Below are positions 9,251 through 18,784 of a DNA stretch of 64,000 nt, one piece after another. Source of the DNA: a virus. The number at the start of each line of letters is the position of its first letter. Positions within the stretch are counted from its first letter, which is position 1. The stretch spans positions 22,447 through 86,446 of IMG/VR virus record IMGVR_UViG_3300027806_000035. One strand, given 5' to 3'. The position numbers and the translations under genes are program-made. The notes beneath the pieces were generated by a model that was given only the letters and a program-made list of their open reading frames with translations, did not search any database and was not told where the DNA came from.

Positions 9251-10519
9251 CTACTGCTGGAACACACCGACGTAGACGGTTCCTTTGTCGCAAAGGGGAA
9301 GAATTCTGTCCCTGCAATCAATGTTGTGGACGCGGATGCAGCCAAGTGTCGGGTGCAGTGTTTGACGTTCTGCCCATGCTCCAGGCCATCCACATGCACT
9401 CCCGCCGCCGTGCGTCATAATCCCAGCTCTGCCATTAACAGCTTCCTGATTTTCAAGCTCAATCATGTCGAATGAATACCAGCCATACGACTGAGCGGTA
9501 TCTGATTGAGGGGGATTCGGATTAGTCTCGTAATCTCGGTAGATCTGACCGATCTTGTAAAGTCCCGGAGGTGTATCGCCACCGGTTCTCTTCCAGTCAG
9601 AGTGCTGGCCGCTTGCAAGGCAGGGAATCTTCCACAATAGATTGCCTTCGTGGTCGTATGCCTCCATGTCACGATCGCGATCATTGACAAGCAGGTAGCT
9701 GTCTCCAGGTTTGACGGGAGCAGCAATCTTGGGGCCGGTCAGACCTTCTTCCTCTTTGCCGCGAGGGTCAAGTCCTGCGGGTTTCGGCTTTTCTTCTTGA
9801 ACGCCAGAAGGAATAGCTCGCGTTGCTTTTTCAAAGTAAGCTTCGCGTTCATCGAGCCCATTAGCTGGATCTCTACCATTCACTTTTGCGCTGACTTGCC
9901 TGCAGCTTGCGCCATTGTCAACAAAGGAATTGATGGCATTGAGATGCCACCAAAAACCAGCTGACGTGAACGGATACGTATTGGCAACATACTGGCAGCC
10001 AAGCATCACATCCTTGTCGCCAAGGAAGTCTGAAAGACGCTGATAGTTGTATCTGCCAGTGAGCTGCAATGCGCCGGCTCCCTTGAACCTTGGTCCATCG
10101 CCAACCTGGGTGTTGCCCAGATCCTTGCGCCCCTCGTAAGCGTCGCCAGACGCAAGCTCCATCATCCAGCGCAGGCCGCCGGATTCATGCGCCACCTGGG
10201 CCAAGAAGTGGCGGATCCTGGCCGGCGTGTTGATCGAGAACCGCTGCAGGCAGGCGTTCAGGTCATCGACCTGGGTCTGGCTCGGCATCCGGCCGAACAC
10301 AACGGCTGCCTGGTGGATCGAAACCAGCTCCTTGCCGGTTGGCGCGTCCTGCTCGTCCCAGGCGCCGCTCCAGATCTCGTAGAGCTTCCCGTCCCGGTCA
10401 AGGGCGGCAGGCTCCACGGCGACCAGGCGGACCAAGGCTTCCTTGACGAAATCGCGATGGCGACGAAGCTCGGAATTCAGGTTGTCGGCAAAATCGGCAG
10501 GAACTGGTTGATTGCTCAT
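9251..10519 (-). CDS. Endolysin: GH19 lysozyme/chitinase domain plus C-terminal L,D-transpeptidase (YkuD)-like domain
   Basis: GH19: FLAQVAHESGGL...YEGRKDLGN..GDGPRFKGAGALQLTGRYNY; YkuD: DTPPGLYKIG...GIMTHGGG...TLGCIRV. Confidence 0.88.
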   Translation of the reverse strand: MSNQPVPADFADNLNSELRRHRDFVKEALVRLVAVEPAALDRDGKLYEIWSGAWDEQDAPTGKELVSIHQAAVVFGRMPSQTQVDDLNACLQRFSINTPARIRHFLAQVAHESGGLRWMMELASGDAYEGRKDLGNTQVGDGPRFKGAGALQLTGRYNYQRLSDFLGDKDVMLGCQYVANTYPFTSAGFWWHLNAINSFVDNGASCRQVSAKVNGRDPANGLDEREAYFEKATRAIPSGVQEEKPKPAGLDPRGKEEEGLTGPKIAAPVKPGDSYLLVNDRDRDMEAYDHEGNLLWKIPCLASGQHSDWKRTGGDTPPGLYKIGQIYRDYETNPNPPQSDTAQSYGWYSFDMIELENQEAVNGRAGIMTHGGGSACGWPGAWAERQTLHPTLGCIRVHNIDCRDRILPLCDKGTVYVGVFQQ

Positions 10520-10538
10520 TGCTTGGTATGGGAGTGAT

Positions 10539-13500
10539 TCAAACCTTCACGACAACGATCATGCCATGAGCTTCGTGCTCGTTGATCAGCGAGCTTGCGG
10601 ATGGCGATCCAGCAGGGGCGAACTGCTTGTAGAGATAGTAGATGTTGTGCAGCCCTGGCGGCATTGCTTTCGCCCACTGCGAACCAGAGGTTGTATCAAC
10701 GGTTCTGTTTTCTCCATAGAAAGCGTCGGCAGCTGGCGACGATTGACTGTTGACACCTGGCGCAACGTAAGCAATCACGTTGTTTACGTCAGTGGTTGGG
10801 TTGTTGTAAATATCAAGAAATGCCGTCACGAGCGTATTGGATGCCTGCACCCAGCTAATTCTTGGAGCAACGGGATAGACAGACGAAGGAGCGACGGACC
10901 AGTTAAGGCTTGGGACGTTCCAAGAATTCCCAAAGAAGTAAACAGCCCGAGCGTCGTACAGGTTGTAGAAGTTGGCTAAGTAGATGCGGGGGAAGTTGGC
11001 ACTCCCAGATCCCTGAATCGTTCCGCCAAGGTCAATCGTGCTAGTTCCGGCCGAGGTAGTGCGAAGCACGCCAACAAAGCGTCTGGACGGATCACCATTT
11101 TTCACGATCACGCCGTCTCTGTCGCCCCTGGTTGGCATGACGGTATCACTTGGCCATGCCGTATAGTCAACTGCGAGTGTTGGACTTTGGGTGCTTCCAG
11201 CGTTATACAGGTAAATGTCGTAATTCCTGTTTGCAATGTTTGCTGGTGCAAAGCCGTTTCCAGCGTTGCCGGTCAGAAGGCTGAAGGCCTGCAGTCCAGA
11301 GAATCTGACAACCTGCCAACGCAGTGTTGCAGTGCTGTAAAGAGCAATCTCATTGCCGTTAAAAGGATGGACGTAGAGAGTTGTCGAATTCAGCTGGTTC
11401 TCCCCTGGCGTGCTTGAAGAAGATGAGAGGCTGAGTCGCAGGTTGACAACAGACTTGACCGCATCACCAAGAGTTTCAATTAGTGTTGCAGGGGTGATGG
11501 CAAGATCATTACGCACAAACTCTTGAGCCTCAAGGCTGGTCGCAATCTCAATCGCACCCCTCTGAGAAGTGCTTGCGGCTGGAAGTTCTGGCAGGACGCC
11601 GCCAAATCCATTTACACCTCCCCAGTTGGGTGAACCACTGATCGTCGCATTGCCAAGATTCAGTCCGTTGTTGACGGTGAGTGTATTGACGGCAAGTTGA
11701 TCAAAGAAAGTTGGGAATGCAATTTCGTCAATCGGAACATTGGAGTCGCCGATCGCCTCAAAGGAGATCTCATTGCCAGTGGCGAGATCCTGCAGGCCCT
11801 GCGGAGTTACAAGCAGCCCCTCTTCGTTGAAGCCACTTGCGTACACCCGACCACCATCTTGATTGGTGAAGTAATAGGTGAACTTGTTGACAGCGCTCAG
11901 TTCAAGTTGGTACTCGGGCAGTGCCTTTGTGTAATTCAGCGTGCCGGCCCATTCCCAAGCATGGCCGAACAGGCGAATGTTCGACGGGCGGCGGAACTCA
12001 ACAGGCCAGTTGCTCCAGCTCGTTGCAGCACCAGATGGAGCGGCAATGCCATCAAGAGCTGCATTTGGATTGCGCTCACGGGTGGCGGCAACCTTCGGTA
12101 GCAAGATTGTGTGAGCGTTTGACGAGCTGAAGCCAAGGCTCATCAGGAACGAATGAATACCGAGATAGTCGGTGGCGGATCTGTACTGAGCCTGAATCAG
12201 CGAATCAGACGACCAAACAGTTGTGAGGTTATAGCCGCAATTGATCGTGCCATCGTTGGCATCGGTGTCGTTGTCAAAGATGACAGCAGGCTGACTGTTC
12301 TTCCAGTAATCCTCAGGGTTGTAGAGGGTGTCCATGTGGACATAGGCCTGTTCCCACTTTTCGAGAGAGAATGAGGTATCGGTGTTCTGAATCTTGCAGC
12401 TCCACTTCTTGCCCTGGTAGGAAACGCAGTCGCCGGGACGATACAGCTGTCCAGAGAGCCAGTTGCGAAGCGGATTGCTACGACGAAGCTCAACGGACGC
12501 TGAACGAGTCACGCCATTCTGTTCGGGAGCAACAGAGTTGCCGATAGCAACAGTGAGAATTGCGCTATCTGGAATGTTGCCAACGATACCACTGCTACCA
12601 GGGCTGGTCTGCAGGATGTAGTCACGAACTGGAGTCCGCGACAGGACATTGGTATTGTTGACGCGCAGCGAATAGCGGCGTTCGTCAATCGAGCGCGTAT
12701 CTTGCAGGCGGCGAACGTAGATCCTTGCGCCAGCCAGATCGGGCCAGCTCTGGCCAGTGCTCAGGCCTTGCGAGTTCAGAATCGCATCGCCAGGCTTGAT
12801 GCCGTTCTGATCTTGAAAGACAGCGGTAACAGTGATGACATCGGGCTGCGCCGGATTCCATGCAGTTCCGGTAAGACGAGCGCGATAGTCAAGTCCTCTT
12901 GCATTTTCAATCCAGATGAAGGAGTTGCCCTTCAGCGAGTATCCGTCACGCGCAAGTGATGCAGGGGTTCCTGGGCTGGAAATGCTGTCAGTCAGTGGAA
13001 CTGTCAGCGTGATTGAGGTTGCGTTGTTTGCGACACCTTCGTCAACGACGCCAAGATAGATCTTGCGAACGTTGTTGCGCTTTTCTGTCAGATCGGTTGC
13101 AACACGGATTGATCCGACGTTCCAGTTCGAGTCACTGACAAATGCGGCATTCTTATAGCCCTCGGCGATCGCAGCGCATCCGCCGAAGTTGCTGTTGCTA
13201 TTTGTGATAGTGATTTCACCACCGGAATCAACCCAGTGGTGGACACCTTGGCCAATCGCAAAAACGGAAACCTCTTGGATGATCGCATCGTTGATGCAGC
13301 GAATATGGAAGCTCCGGCGTGCCGGATTCATCCGCACATCATCGGGATCACTGTTGATCAGGTCGTTGTAGCCAGTGAAGTAGTTGCCCCACTGCGGACT
13401 CTGATTCGATGCGTATTTCTGCCAGCAGGACAGGTCGCGCTGCAGGCTGACGCCAGTGAACTGCGCCGTCACCATCGACTTAAAGCCGGAAGGCTTGGAG

Positions 13501-14480
13501 CCGTCAGCAAAAATGCCGCAGATACCGTAGTTGCTTCGGATTGAGCAGTTGAAGATGTACGGAGAAGCGGAGAGAGTCGTATCAGTGTTGATTGTCTGAG
13601 CGCCAGACGCTGGCCTGGGGCCGACAATTTCGTATTCGGCCGTGCGCGTTACGGCAAGGCTGTTGTCAAGATTGCCGGTATTGTTGACGCCACCGAATGC
13701 CTGAACGATTTTGGCATAGAATTCATCAAGCTCAGCCTTACTTGCAAACTGAAAGCAGTCCAGTAGATGGTGCGAGGATGTGCTGCCGACTTGATCCATG
13801 AAGGTCATGCCGAAGTAGTATCCAGCGCCAGTCACCTTGAAGATGGCTCGGCGGTTGCTGCAGTCGGATGCCTCGTCAGCAGGCGCCGGAACCGAGCCAG
13901 GCCGAACGATCGTCTTGCGGAGGTCGATGTTGCACAGGCTCGCGCCACGGACCAGCAGGATGCCCCCGGTGCCGGAGGGGTTGAAAGCCTCCAGCTCCGC
14001 ATCCGTGGGATCCTTGCCGTTCTCCCACTCGCTCACGGACGCAGCCCCGGCGCCATTCAGGGCGTAGGAGACGCCAGGGGACAGGAAAATGCTGACGAGA
14101 TCAGTATTTGCAAGAGGATTTTCGTAGTATGACTTGGCGGTGATGATACCGGCTTCAATAACAGCGCGGTTGATTGTCTTGAAGGGCCTTGCCGGTGTGT
14201 AACCGCATTCCAGGCGCTGAAGTTCAATGCGCTCAGTCGCTGATCCGCTTGTTGAGTAACTTCCGCTTACGAATCTATCACTGCCGATATATGGATTGAC
14301 GTACAGGACATAGGGTGCGGACAGCGGATCACTGATGACAGCGCCAGAGCCAATTTCAGCGCCGCCGCTCAGCTGGCGAACAGCATCGGTGATCGCTGCA
14401 ACCTGAGCGCGAACAGTGCCTTGCGAGCTGTTGATGTTGTCGAAAGAGCCGACCTGGCCACTGCGGACAATCTTGGTCAC
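10539..14480 (-). CDS. Large tail/baseplate-associated structural protein
   Basis: 1313 aa in the tail block; LYVNPYIGSD...PFKTINRA beta-helix-type N-terminus; carbohydrate-binding-like WLSGQLYRPGDCVSYQGKKW. Confidence 0.7.
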   Translation of the reverse strand: MTKIVRSGQVGSFDNINSSQGTVRAQVAAITDAVRQLSGGAEIGSGAVISDPLSAPYVLYVNPYIGSDRFVSGSYSTSGSATERIELQRLECGYTPARPFKTINRAVIEAGIITAKSYYENPLANTDLVSIFLSPGVSYALNGAGAASVSEWENGKDPTDAELEAFNPSGTGGILLVRGASLCNIDLRKTIVRPGSVPAPADEASDCSNRRAIFKVTGAGYYFGMTFMDQVGSTSSHHLLDCFQFASKAELDEFYAKIVQAFGGVNNTGNLDNSLAVTRTAEYEIVGPRPASGAQTINTDTTLSASPYIFNCSIRSNYGICGIFADGSKPSGFKSMVTAQFTGVSLQRDLSCWQKYASNQSPQWGNYFTGYNDLINSDPDDVRMNPARRSFHIRCINDAIIQEVSVFAIGQGVHHWVDSGGEITITNSNSNFGGCAAIAEGYKNAAFVSDSNWNVGSIRVATDLTEKRNNVRKIYLGVVDEGVANNATSITLTVPLTDSISSPGTPASLARDGYSLKGNSFIWIENARGLDYRARLTGTAWNPAQPDVITVTAVFQDQNGIKPGDAILNSQGLSTGQSWPDLAGARIYVRRLQDTRSIDERRYSLRVNNTNVLSRTPVRDYILQTSPGSSGIVGNIPDSAILTVAIGNSVAPEQNGVTRSASVELRRSNPLRNWLSGQLYRPGDCVSYQGKKWSCKIQNTDTSFSLEKWEQAYVHMDTLYNPEDYWKNSQPAVIFDNDTDANDGTINCGYNLTTVWSSDSLIQAQYRSATDYLGIHSFLMSLGFSSSNAHTILLPKVAATRERNPNAALDGIAAPSGAATSWSNWPVEFRRPSNIRLFGHAWEWAGTLNYTKALPEYQLELSAVNKFTYYFTNQDGGRVYASGFNEEGLLVTPQGLQDLATGNEISFEAIGDSNVPIDEIAFPTFFDQLAVNTLTVNNGLNLGNATISGSPNWGGVNGFGGVLPELPAASTSQRGAIEIATSLEAQEFVRNDLAITPATLIETLGDAVKSVVNLRLSLSSSSSTPGENQLNSTTLYVHPFNGNEIALYSTATLRWQVVRFSGLQAFSLLTGNAGNGFAPANIANRNYDIYLYNAGSTQSPTLAVDYTAWPSDTVMPTRGDRDGVIVKNGDPSRRFVGVLRTTSAGTSTIDLGGTIQGSGSANFPRIYLANFYNLYDARAVYFFGNSWNVPSLNWSVAPSSVYPVAPRISWVQASNTLVTAFLDIYNNPTTDVNNVIAYVAPGVNSQSSPAADAFYGENRTVDTTSGSQWAKAMPPGLHNIYYLYKQFAPAGSPSASSLINEHEAHGMIVVVKV

Positions 14481-14539
14481 AGCACAAGCGCGTCAATACG
14501 CACAGTGTAGATGCGCTGAGATTGAGCCAGTTGGCAAGT

Positions 14540-15700
14540 CTAGGAGAAGGGGCCGATCAATGGCTTGATGCCAATTCCATCTTTATCCTTGACGACGACG
14601 AACTGAGAAGAGTAGTTGATCGCTTCGTCTACGGAAGCTCCGATTTCACCGGGGCCAAGCAGAATGTCGGCTTCAATCCATACGGCATCCTCTTTCTCGC
14701 AACCAACGGATCGCTGATCCTGAACGCGAAGGCGGACTCTTGCCTTTGATCCAGTTTCGGTCATCAACATCAACCTGATGAAGCCTCTTGCATCAAAACT
14801 GCCAGAGCCTGGATTGCTGACAGGTATGAATCCATTGAAGCTTCCAGATCCCCTGACCACATCTTTGACGCTATCACCAAAGTCTTCGCCAATAGCAGTC
14901 GTGTCGAGAACTGTTGGATCGGTTTGCAGCGTCCATTCGCGGCAGCCAACAAGAATCGACCAGCCACGCTGCTCCGGGTCATCGGCAACGCTTGTCATTT
15001 CTTCCGGTAGGTCGATATAAGCGCTTGCCCCCTGCTCTCGTTGAGGCATTTCCTCAAACAGAAACTCTCCAAGAGCTTCAAACGCAATTTGGTAGTCGGT
15101 TGACGAGCTGTAGGGAGCAATCAGCAGATTTTTGTAGTCAACATTTGAGAAAGTGATTAACTGGTCTGGACTTCTATTGATCGCTCCGTTTTCAGAGGTA
15201 TAAAAAGTAATGCGATCAAGCTGATCACGATTGACGTAGGCTTCAATCACCCGGTCAAAACCTGTCGTCAGCTGCGTTTCCCAAAAACCGGCGGAAATCG
15301 TGTAAGCGAAGAAGTCGTCAGCGGGATCCTGAAGCGTGCCAGGAACAATGAAGTCATCGGCTGGATCACCAGGTGTCCCTGGATTGACCATCAGCGGTGC
15401 AACGTCTGACTTCCAGAAAATCGTGTTTCCGCTTCCCCTGTGAGCGGTTTCAGGCCCCTGTGCCCAGCTACTGCCACCCCAAAATCTGTGCCCTTCTGGA
15501 CACGGGGCGTATTGCTGGCTGGAGGTTCTTACAGGAAAGCCGAGGTACGAATAGATCAGGACTCTCTGGCCGGTCCAGAAAGCCTTGTCTTGGCAGAAGA
15601 TCGCATTGGATCCAGCCCTGCTGGACTGCGGGAAAACGGTGGGCTCAGGCCATTCCCGGCTGAGCTGCACATAGCCGCCGTAGCCAAGAATGACAGACAT
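14540..15700 (-). CDS. Tail protein with a C-terminal tail-tube-like domain
   Basis: CREWTLQTDPTVLDTTAIG resembles VRDWSLEITRAEIDVTTIG of the major tail protein. Confidence 0.65.
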   Translation of the reverse strand: MSVILGYGGYVQLSREWPEPTVFPQSSRAGSNAIFCQDKAFWTGQRVLIYSYLGFPVRTSSQQYAPCPEGHRFWGGSSWAQGPETAHRGSGNTIFWKSDVAPLMVNPGTPGDPADDFIVPGTLQDPADDFFAYTISAGFWETQLTTGFDRVIEAYVNRDQLDRITFYTSENGAINRSPDQLITFSNVDYKNLLIAPYSSSTDYQIAFEALGEFLFEEMPQREQGASAYIDLPEEMTSVADDPEQRGWSILVGCREWTLQTDPTVLDTTAIGEDFGDSVKDVVRGSGSFNGFIPVSNPGSGSFDARGFIRLMLMTETGSKARVRLRVQDQRSVGCEKEDAVWIEADILLGPGEIGASVDEAINYSSQFVVVKDKDGIGIKPLIGPFS

Positions 15701-16101
15701 CAGAAGGAACCGGTGATAGGACCGCTGAACTGAATCGAGATGCTGATGCGCAGCAGATCACCAACAGAAACAGATGCACCGCGAGAGGTGATGATTGCCG
15801 TTCCTTCACGCGAGCCGTTGCTGGTATTCTTGATCCACTCAATCTTCAGCGTACCATCGGTCGTGTTGTTTTGATCAATGGCGTTGATCAGTCCTGCAGC
15901 AACCGAATCAGATGGATCGTAAAACAGTGTACCAGAAAACGTGTTATTCCTCAGCTTGCTGCTGACGTATGTTCGATCGCTGGCACCAAGCGCCGTAGTT
16001 TCAAGTGCGGGCTTCTCGGTTGGCTGTTCAGCAGAAATGAAGCTGCCGACATGCTGGCCGTTCCAGTAGACGTATGCGTCTGCGCCGGTTGCAATGCCCA
16101 T
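15700..16101 (-). CDS. Small tail-tube-like protein
   Basis: ALETTALGASDRTYV...FSGTLFYD...SIQFSG tail-tube pattern. Confidence 0.7.
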   Translation of the reverse strand: MGIATGADAYVYWNGQHVGSFISAEQPTEKPALETTALGASDRTYVSSKLRNNTFSGTLFYDPSDSVAAGLINAIDQNNTTDGTLKIEWIKNTSNGSREGTAIITSRGASVSVGDLLRISISIQFSGPITGSF

Positions 16102-16155
16102 TGGACTTGAATACTTTGCCTCATTCTACCGCCCTTGGTCAAAGCTGGCTAACAG

Positions 16156-16392
16156 CTAGTTGAGCCCCCTTGGCCATATCTGGCCAGTTGTTGGAACTGA
16201 GCCACCTCCTCCACCGCCACCGCTACCGGAGATTTCAATGTTCATAAAGTAGGTTGGCCCCGTTCCATCTTGCTGAAAGCGTTTGTAGTTTACACGCACT
16301 GTTCCTTCAGTGCTTCCGCTAACAAGTGACACACTTGAAGCTGAAAGCGAAGTCGTAGCCTGATTCGGTGGATCCTGGTTAAATATCGCCAT
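16156..16392 (-). CDS. Small virion-associated protein
   Basis: Gly-rich linker and C-terminal GQIWPRG; coupled to the neighbouring tail genes. Confidence 0.55.
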   Translation of the reverse strand: MAIFNQDPPNQATTSLSASSVSLVSGSTEGTVRVNYKRFQQDGTGPTYFMNIEISGSGGGGGGGSVPTTGQIWPRGLN

Positions 16393-17411
16393 CAGATAAT
16401 CCTTGCCCCAAAAGCCATGGAGGCCGACGTGTTGGCGCCACTACCGTTCAGCCTGAGAAGAATTTCCCATTCTTCAACTCCAGCTGTTACCACGAAGGTA
16501 TCGCCAATCCCAAGTGTGTTATTCACGTATGTTGGAATAATCCCAAAATCTGATGGGAGCTGTGAATTGTTCATGTAAAAAGAGTAGGGGACTCCGGTTA
16601 CAATCGGATTGTAGTTGCTTGTGTAAGCCGGATTTCCAGAAGCTACCGCATTTGGTATGAGCAGGGAAAACGCTGTAGAGTTTCCACCTGCGTAAGTCAT
16701 GGGAATTGGCAGGCTGCTTACATAGTTTGTTGATCTTCCTGGGATTGAGTAGCTTGACACGCACGTACTGAAATCAGCCCCAGAGCTAGTCGTTCCAGCA
16801 ATAATTGATCCAGCTCCATAAGATCTTCTCAATGTAAACAATGAATTGAATGAGAGTGTTTGACTTGCGTTTGAGGTGGAGATTACTGGAGTAATGAAAT
16901 GCGAGAAAAACGTTTTATCAAGATCCATCCAGCTAGCCACCTGATGGCTTGGATGTGAGATAGTAAATACAATATTTTGCGTTGTGCTTTGCTTGAGCAC
17001 AAAGTAAGAATGCGTATTATTTACCTGAGATGTGTAACGCAAAAGTTCTGCGTTAGTTGCAGTGGACATGCTGCCAGAGTGCATCTGCCTTCCAGATGGA
17101 GAGCTGGTAGTATTCGAGAAAAAATCAAGCCATAGGGTTCCAGTCGGAACATTTGTTGAAGTATTCCATCCAGTTGTAACTTGAAACCAAAACCCAGCAG
17201 TTGTAAACTGGAACCAGTAGAAGCAGTCTCCGTAAACCTTTCCGGCTGAGTATGTAATTCTGAGAACTCTGTTTAGAGTGCTGCCAGACGTAAAGGCTGA
17301 GTGCCAGTCCGACATCAAACCAGCATCAATAAAGGCAGACCTGAACGCATCTGCAAGCTGTGTTGCAGTCCAAGTGGCCGTAAGTGAATAGGTCTGCTTG
17401 GTGACTGGCAT
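16392..17411 (-). CDS. Virion structural protein (S/T-rich, low GC)
   Basis: 339-aa ORF in the tail operon. Confidence 0.65.
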   Translation of the reverse strand: MPVTKQTYSLTATWTATQLADAFRSAFIDAGLMSDWHSAFTSGSTLNRVLRITYSAGKVYGDCFYWFQFTTAGFWFQVTTGWNTSTNVPTGTLWLDFFSNTTSSPSGRQMHSGSMSTATNAELLRYTSQVNNTHSYFVLKQSTTQNIVFTISHPSHQVASWMDLDKTFFSHFITPVISTSNASQTLSFNSLFTLRRSYGAGSIIAGTTSSGADFSTCVSSYSIPGRSTNYVSSLPIPMTYAGGNSTAFSLLIPNAVASGNPAYTSNYNPIVTGVPYSFYMNNSQLPSDFGIIPTYVNNTLGIGDTFVVTAGVEEWEILLRLNGSGANTSASMAFGARII

Positions 17412-17413
17412 GA

Positions 17414-18784
17414 TCAGCTGTTGAAGGAAAGAATTGAGAACTGAAGGGCCAGCGCCCTGGTCACTGTATCAGTATTCTGAACCCTGAGGTACACAAGGCC
17501 AGCTGTCGGCTGAACGAGTGGGACTGGCGAGAGTCGGATGGTTTGTGGTGTCGCCGTGGTTACAAGTTCTGCGTAATACTCGCTACCAGCTAACGGCAGT
17601 GTGCCGCCTGGATTTGTTCTTGCATCAGCGGCGCGTGCAGCACTGGTCCCGTACACTCTAATCCAAGCTGGAGTGGATGCAGTAAGGCTCAGCAGCTGAA
17701 ACAGGCTGTTGCTTGACAGCGTGAAGTCTGCGCTGGCGCCAGCTGCAAGCGATCCTGTCGTATGCGTAAGCGTACCCGCTGAAACACCGGTTCCAGGCGG
17801 CTGAGCCCACGTACCATCGGCCCTCAGATAGTTTGATGTTCCGCCACCGCTTGCGGGTGCAAGACCGGCATCGCCACTGGAAACAAGTGGGAGTGTCGCA
17901 TCATTGCCGGTGCTGCTCTGAAGTAGCCTGATTGACGGTGTATATGACAGATCAGTAGAAGATTGCGGAGGCGCCGCCCATGTGCCATCTGCTCTCAGGA
18001 AATTGGTAGTGCCACCACCAGAAGACGGTGCAAGGCCGGGGTCAGCGCTAGATACAAGCGGCAGCGTAACATCATCGCCAGTGCTACTTGCAAGCAGCCT
18101 TGTTGACGGCGTATAGGCAAGGTTTGTTGGAACATTCGGCTGTGCGCCAACTTCAATGTTGTCCAGCTTCAACTTATCGTTCTTCGACATCCCGCCATCG
18201 GCCGTCTGGGTGGCCATGGGCAGGGAGAGCACCGGATTGGTGCCCCCGGTCGAGCTGAGGGGTGCTTCGGCGCTGACGCTGGTGACGTACTGGGTCGGCT
18301 GGACCGTGCCGCCTCCAGGGCCTCCTGGCGTTGGCAGAGGGGCCGGCAGGATCGGCGTGGTCGATGAACCGGTGGAGTCCGGCATGAGCCGAGCCGCCAG
18401 CTCCATCGACATATTTGATACTTCTGCGCCACCCTCCACGCGATTGATACGTGGTGGGGAGTCTTCAATAAAGTACCAGAGAAGCCCAGGATAGGCCGAG
18501 CCATCAAGAAACAGCCTCAGGTCATCACCAGCACCACGAAAAAAGCTTTCGTAAAAGGCAATCGGCGCAAGTCCCCTTGAGTTGATGCAGGTGAGCAGCA
18601 CCTGGGCGCACAGATAGTTCGAGATATTCCTGAATTCAACTGTAAGCCTGCCATCGTATTGACGATTGCCAAACTTGCGTCTTGACGAAACGCCGCCAAG
18701 ACTTGTATCGGACCCCACCGGAAAGCGCGGGGCCACAAAATCCATTGACGAAGGGGTGATGTCTGGGAACTGTACGAAGTTCAT
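17414..18784 (-). CDS. Distal-tail (Dit)-like N-terminal domain fused to fibre-like repeats
   Basis: N-terminal FPDITPSS...GGVSSRRKFGNRQYDGRLTVEFRNI; Pro/Gly linker; two APxSGGGTxNxLRADGTW modules. Confidence 0.65.
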   Translation of the reverse strand: MNFVQFPDITPSSMDFVAPRFPVGSDTSLGGVSSRRKFGNRQYDGRLTVEFRNISNYLCAQVLLTCINSRGLAPIAFYESFFRGAGDDLRLFLDGSAYPGLLWYFIEDSPPRINRVEGGAEVSNMSMELAARLMPDSTGSSTTPILPAPLPTPGGPGGGTVQPTQYVTSVSAEAPLSSTGGTNPVLSLPMATQTADGGMSKNDKLKLDNIEVGAQPNVPTNLAYTPSTRLLASSTGDDVTLPLVSSADPGLAPSSGGGTTNFLRADGTWAAPPQSSTDLSYTPSIRLLQSSTGNDATLPLVSSGDAGLAPASGGGTSNYLRADGTWAQPPGTGVSAGTLTHTTGSLAAGASADFTLSSNSLFQLLSLTASTPAWIRVYGTSAARAADARTNPGGTLPLAGSEYYAELVTTATPQTIRLSPVPLVQPTAGLVYLRVQNTDTVTRALALQFSILSFNS

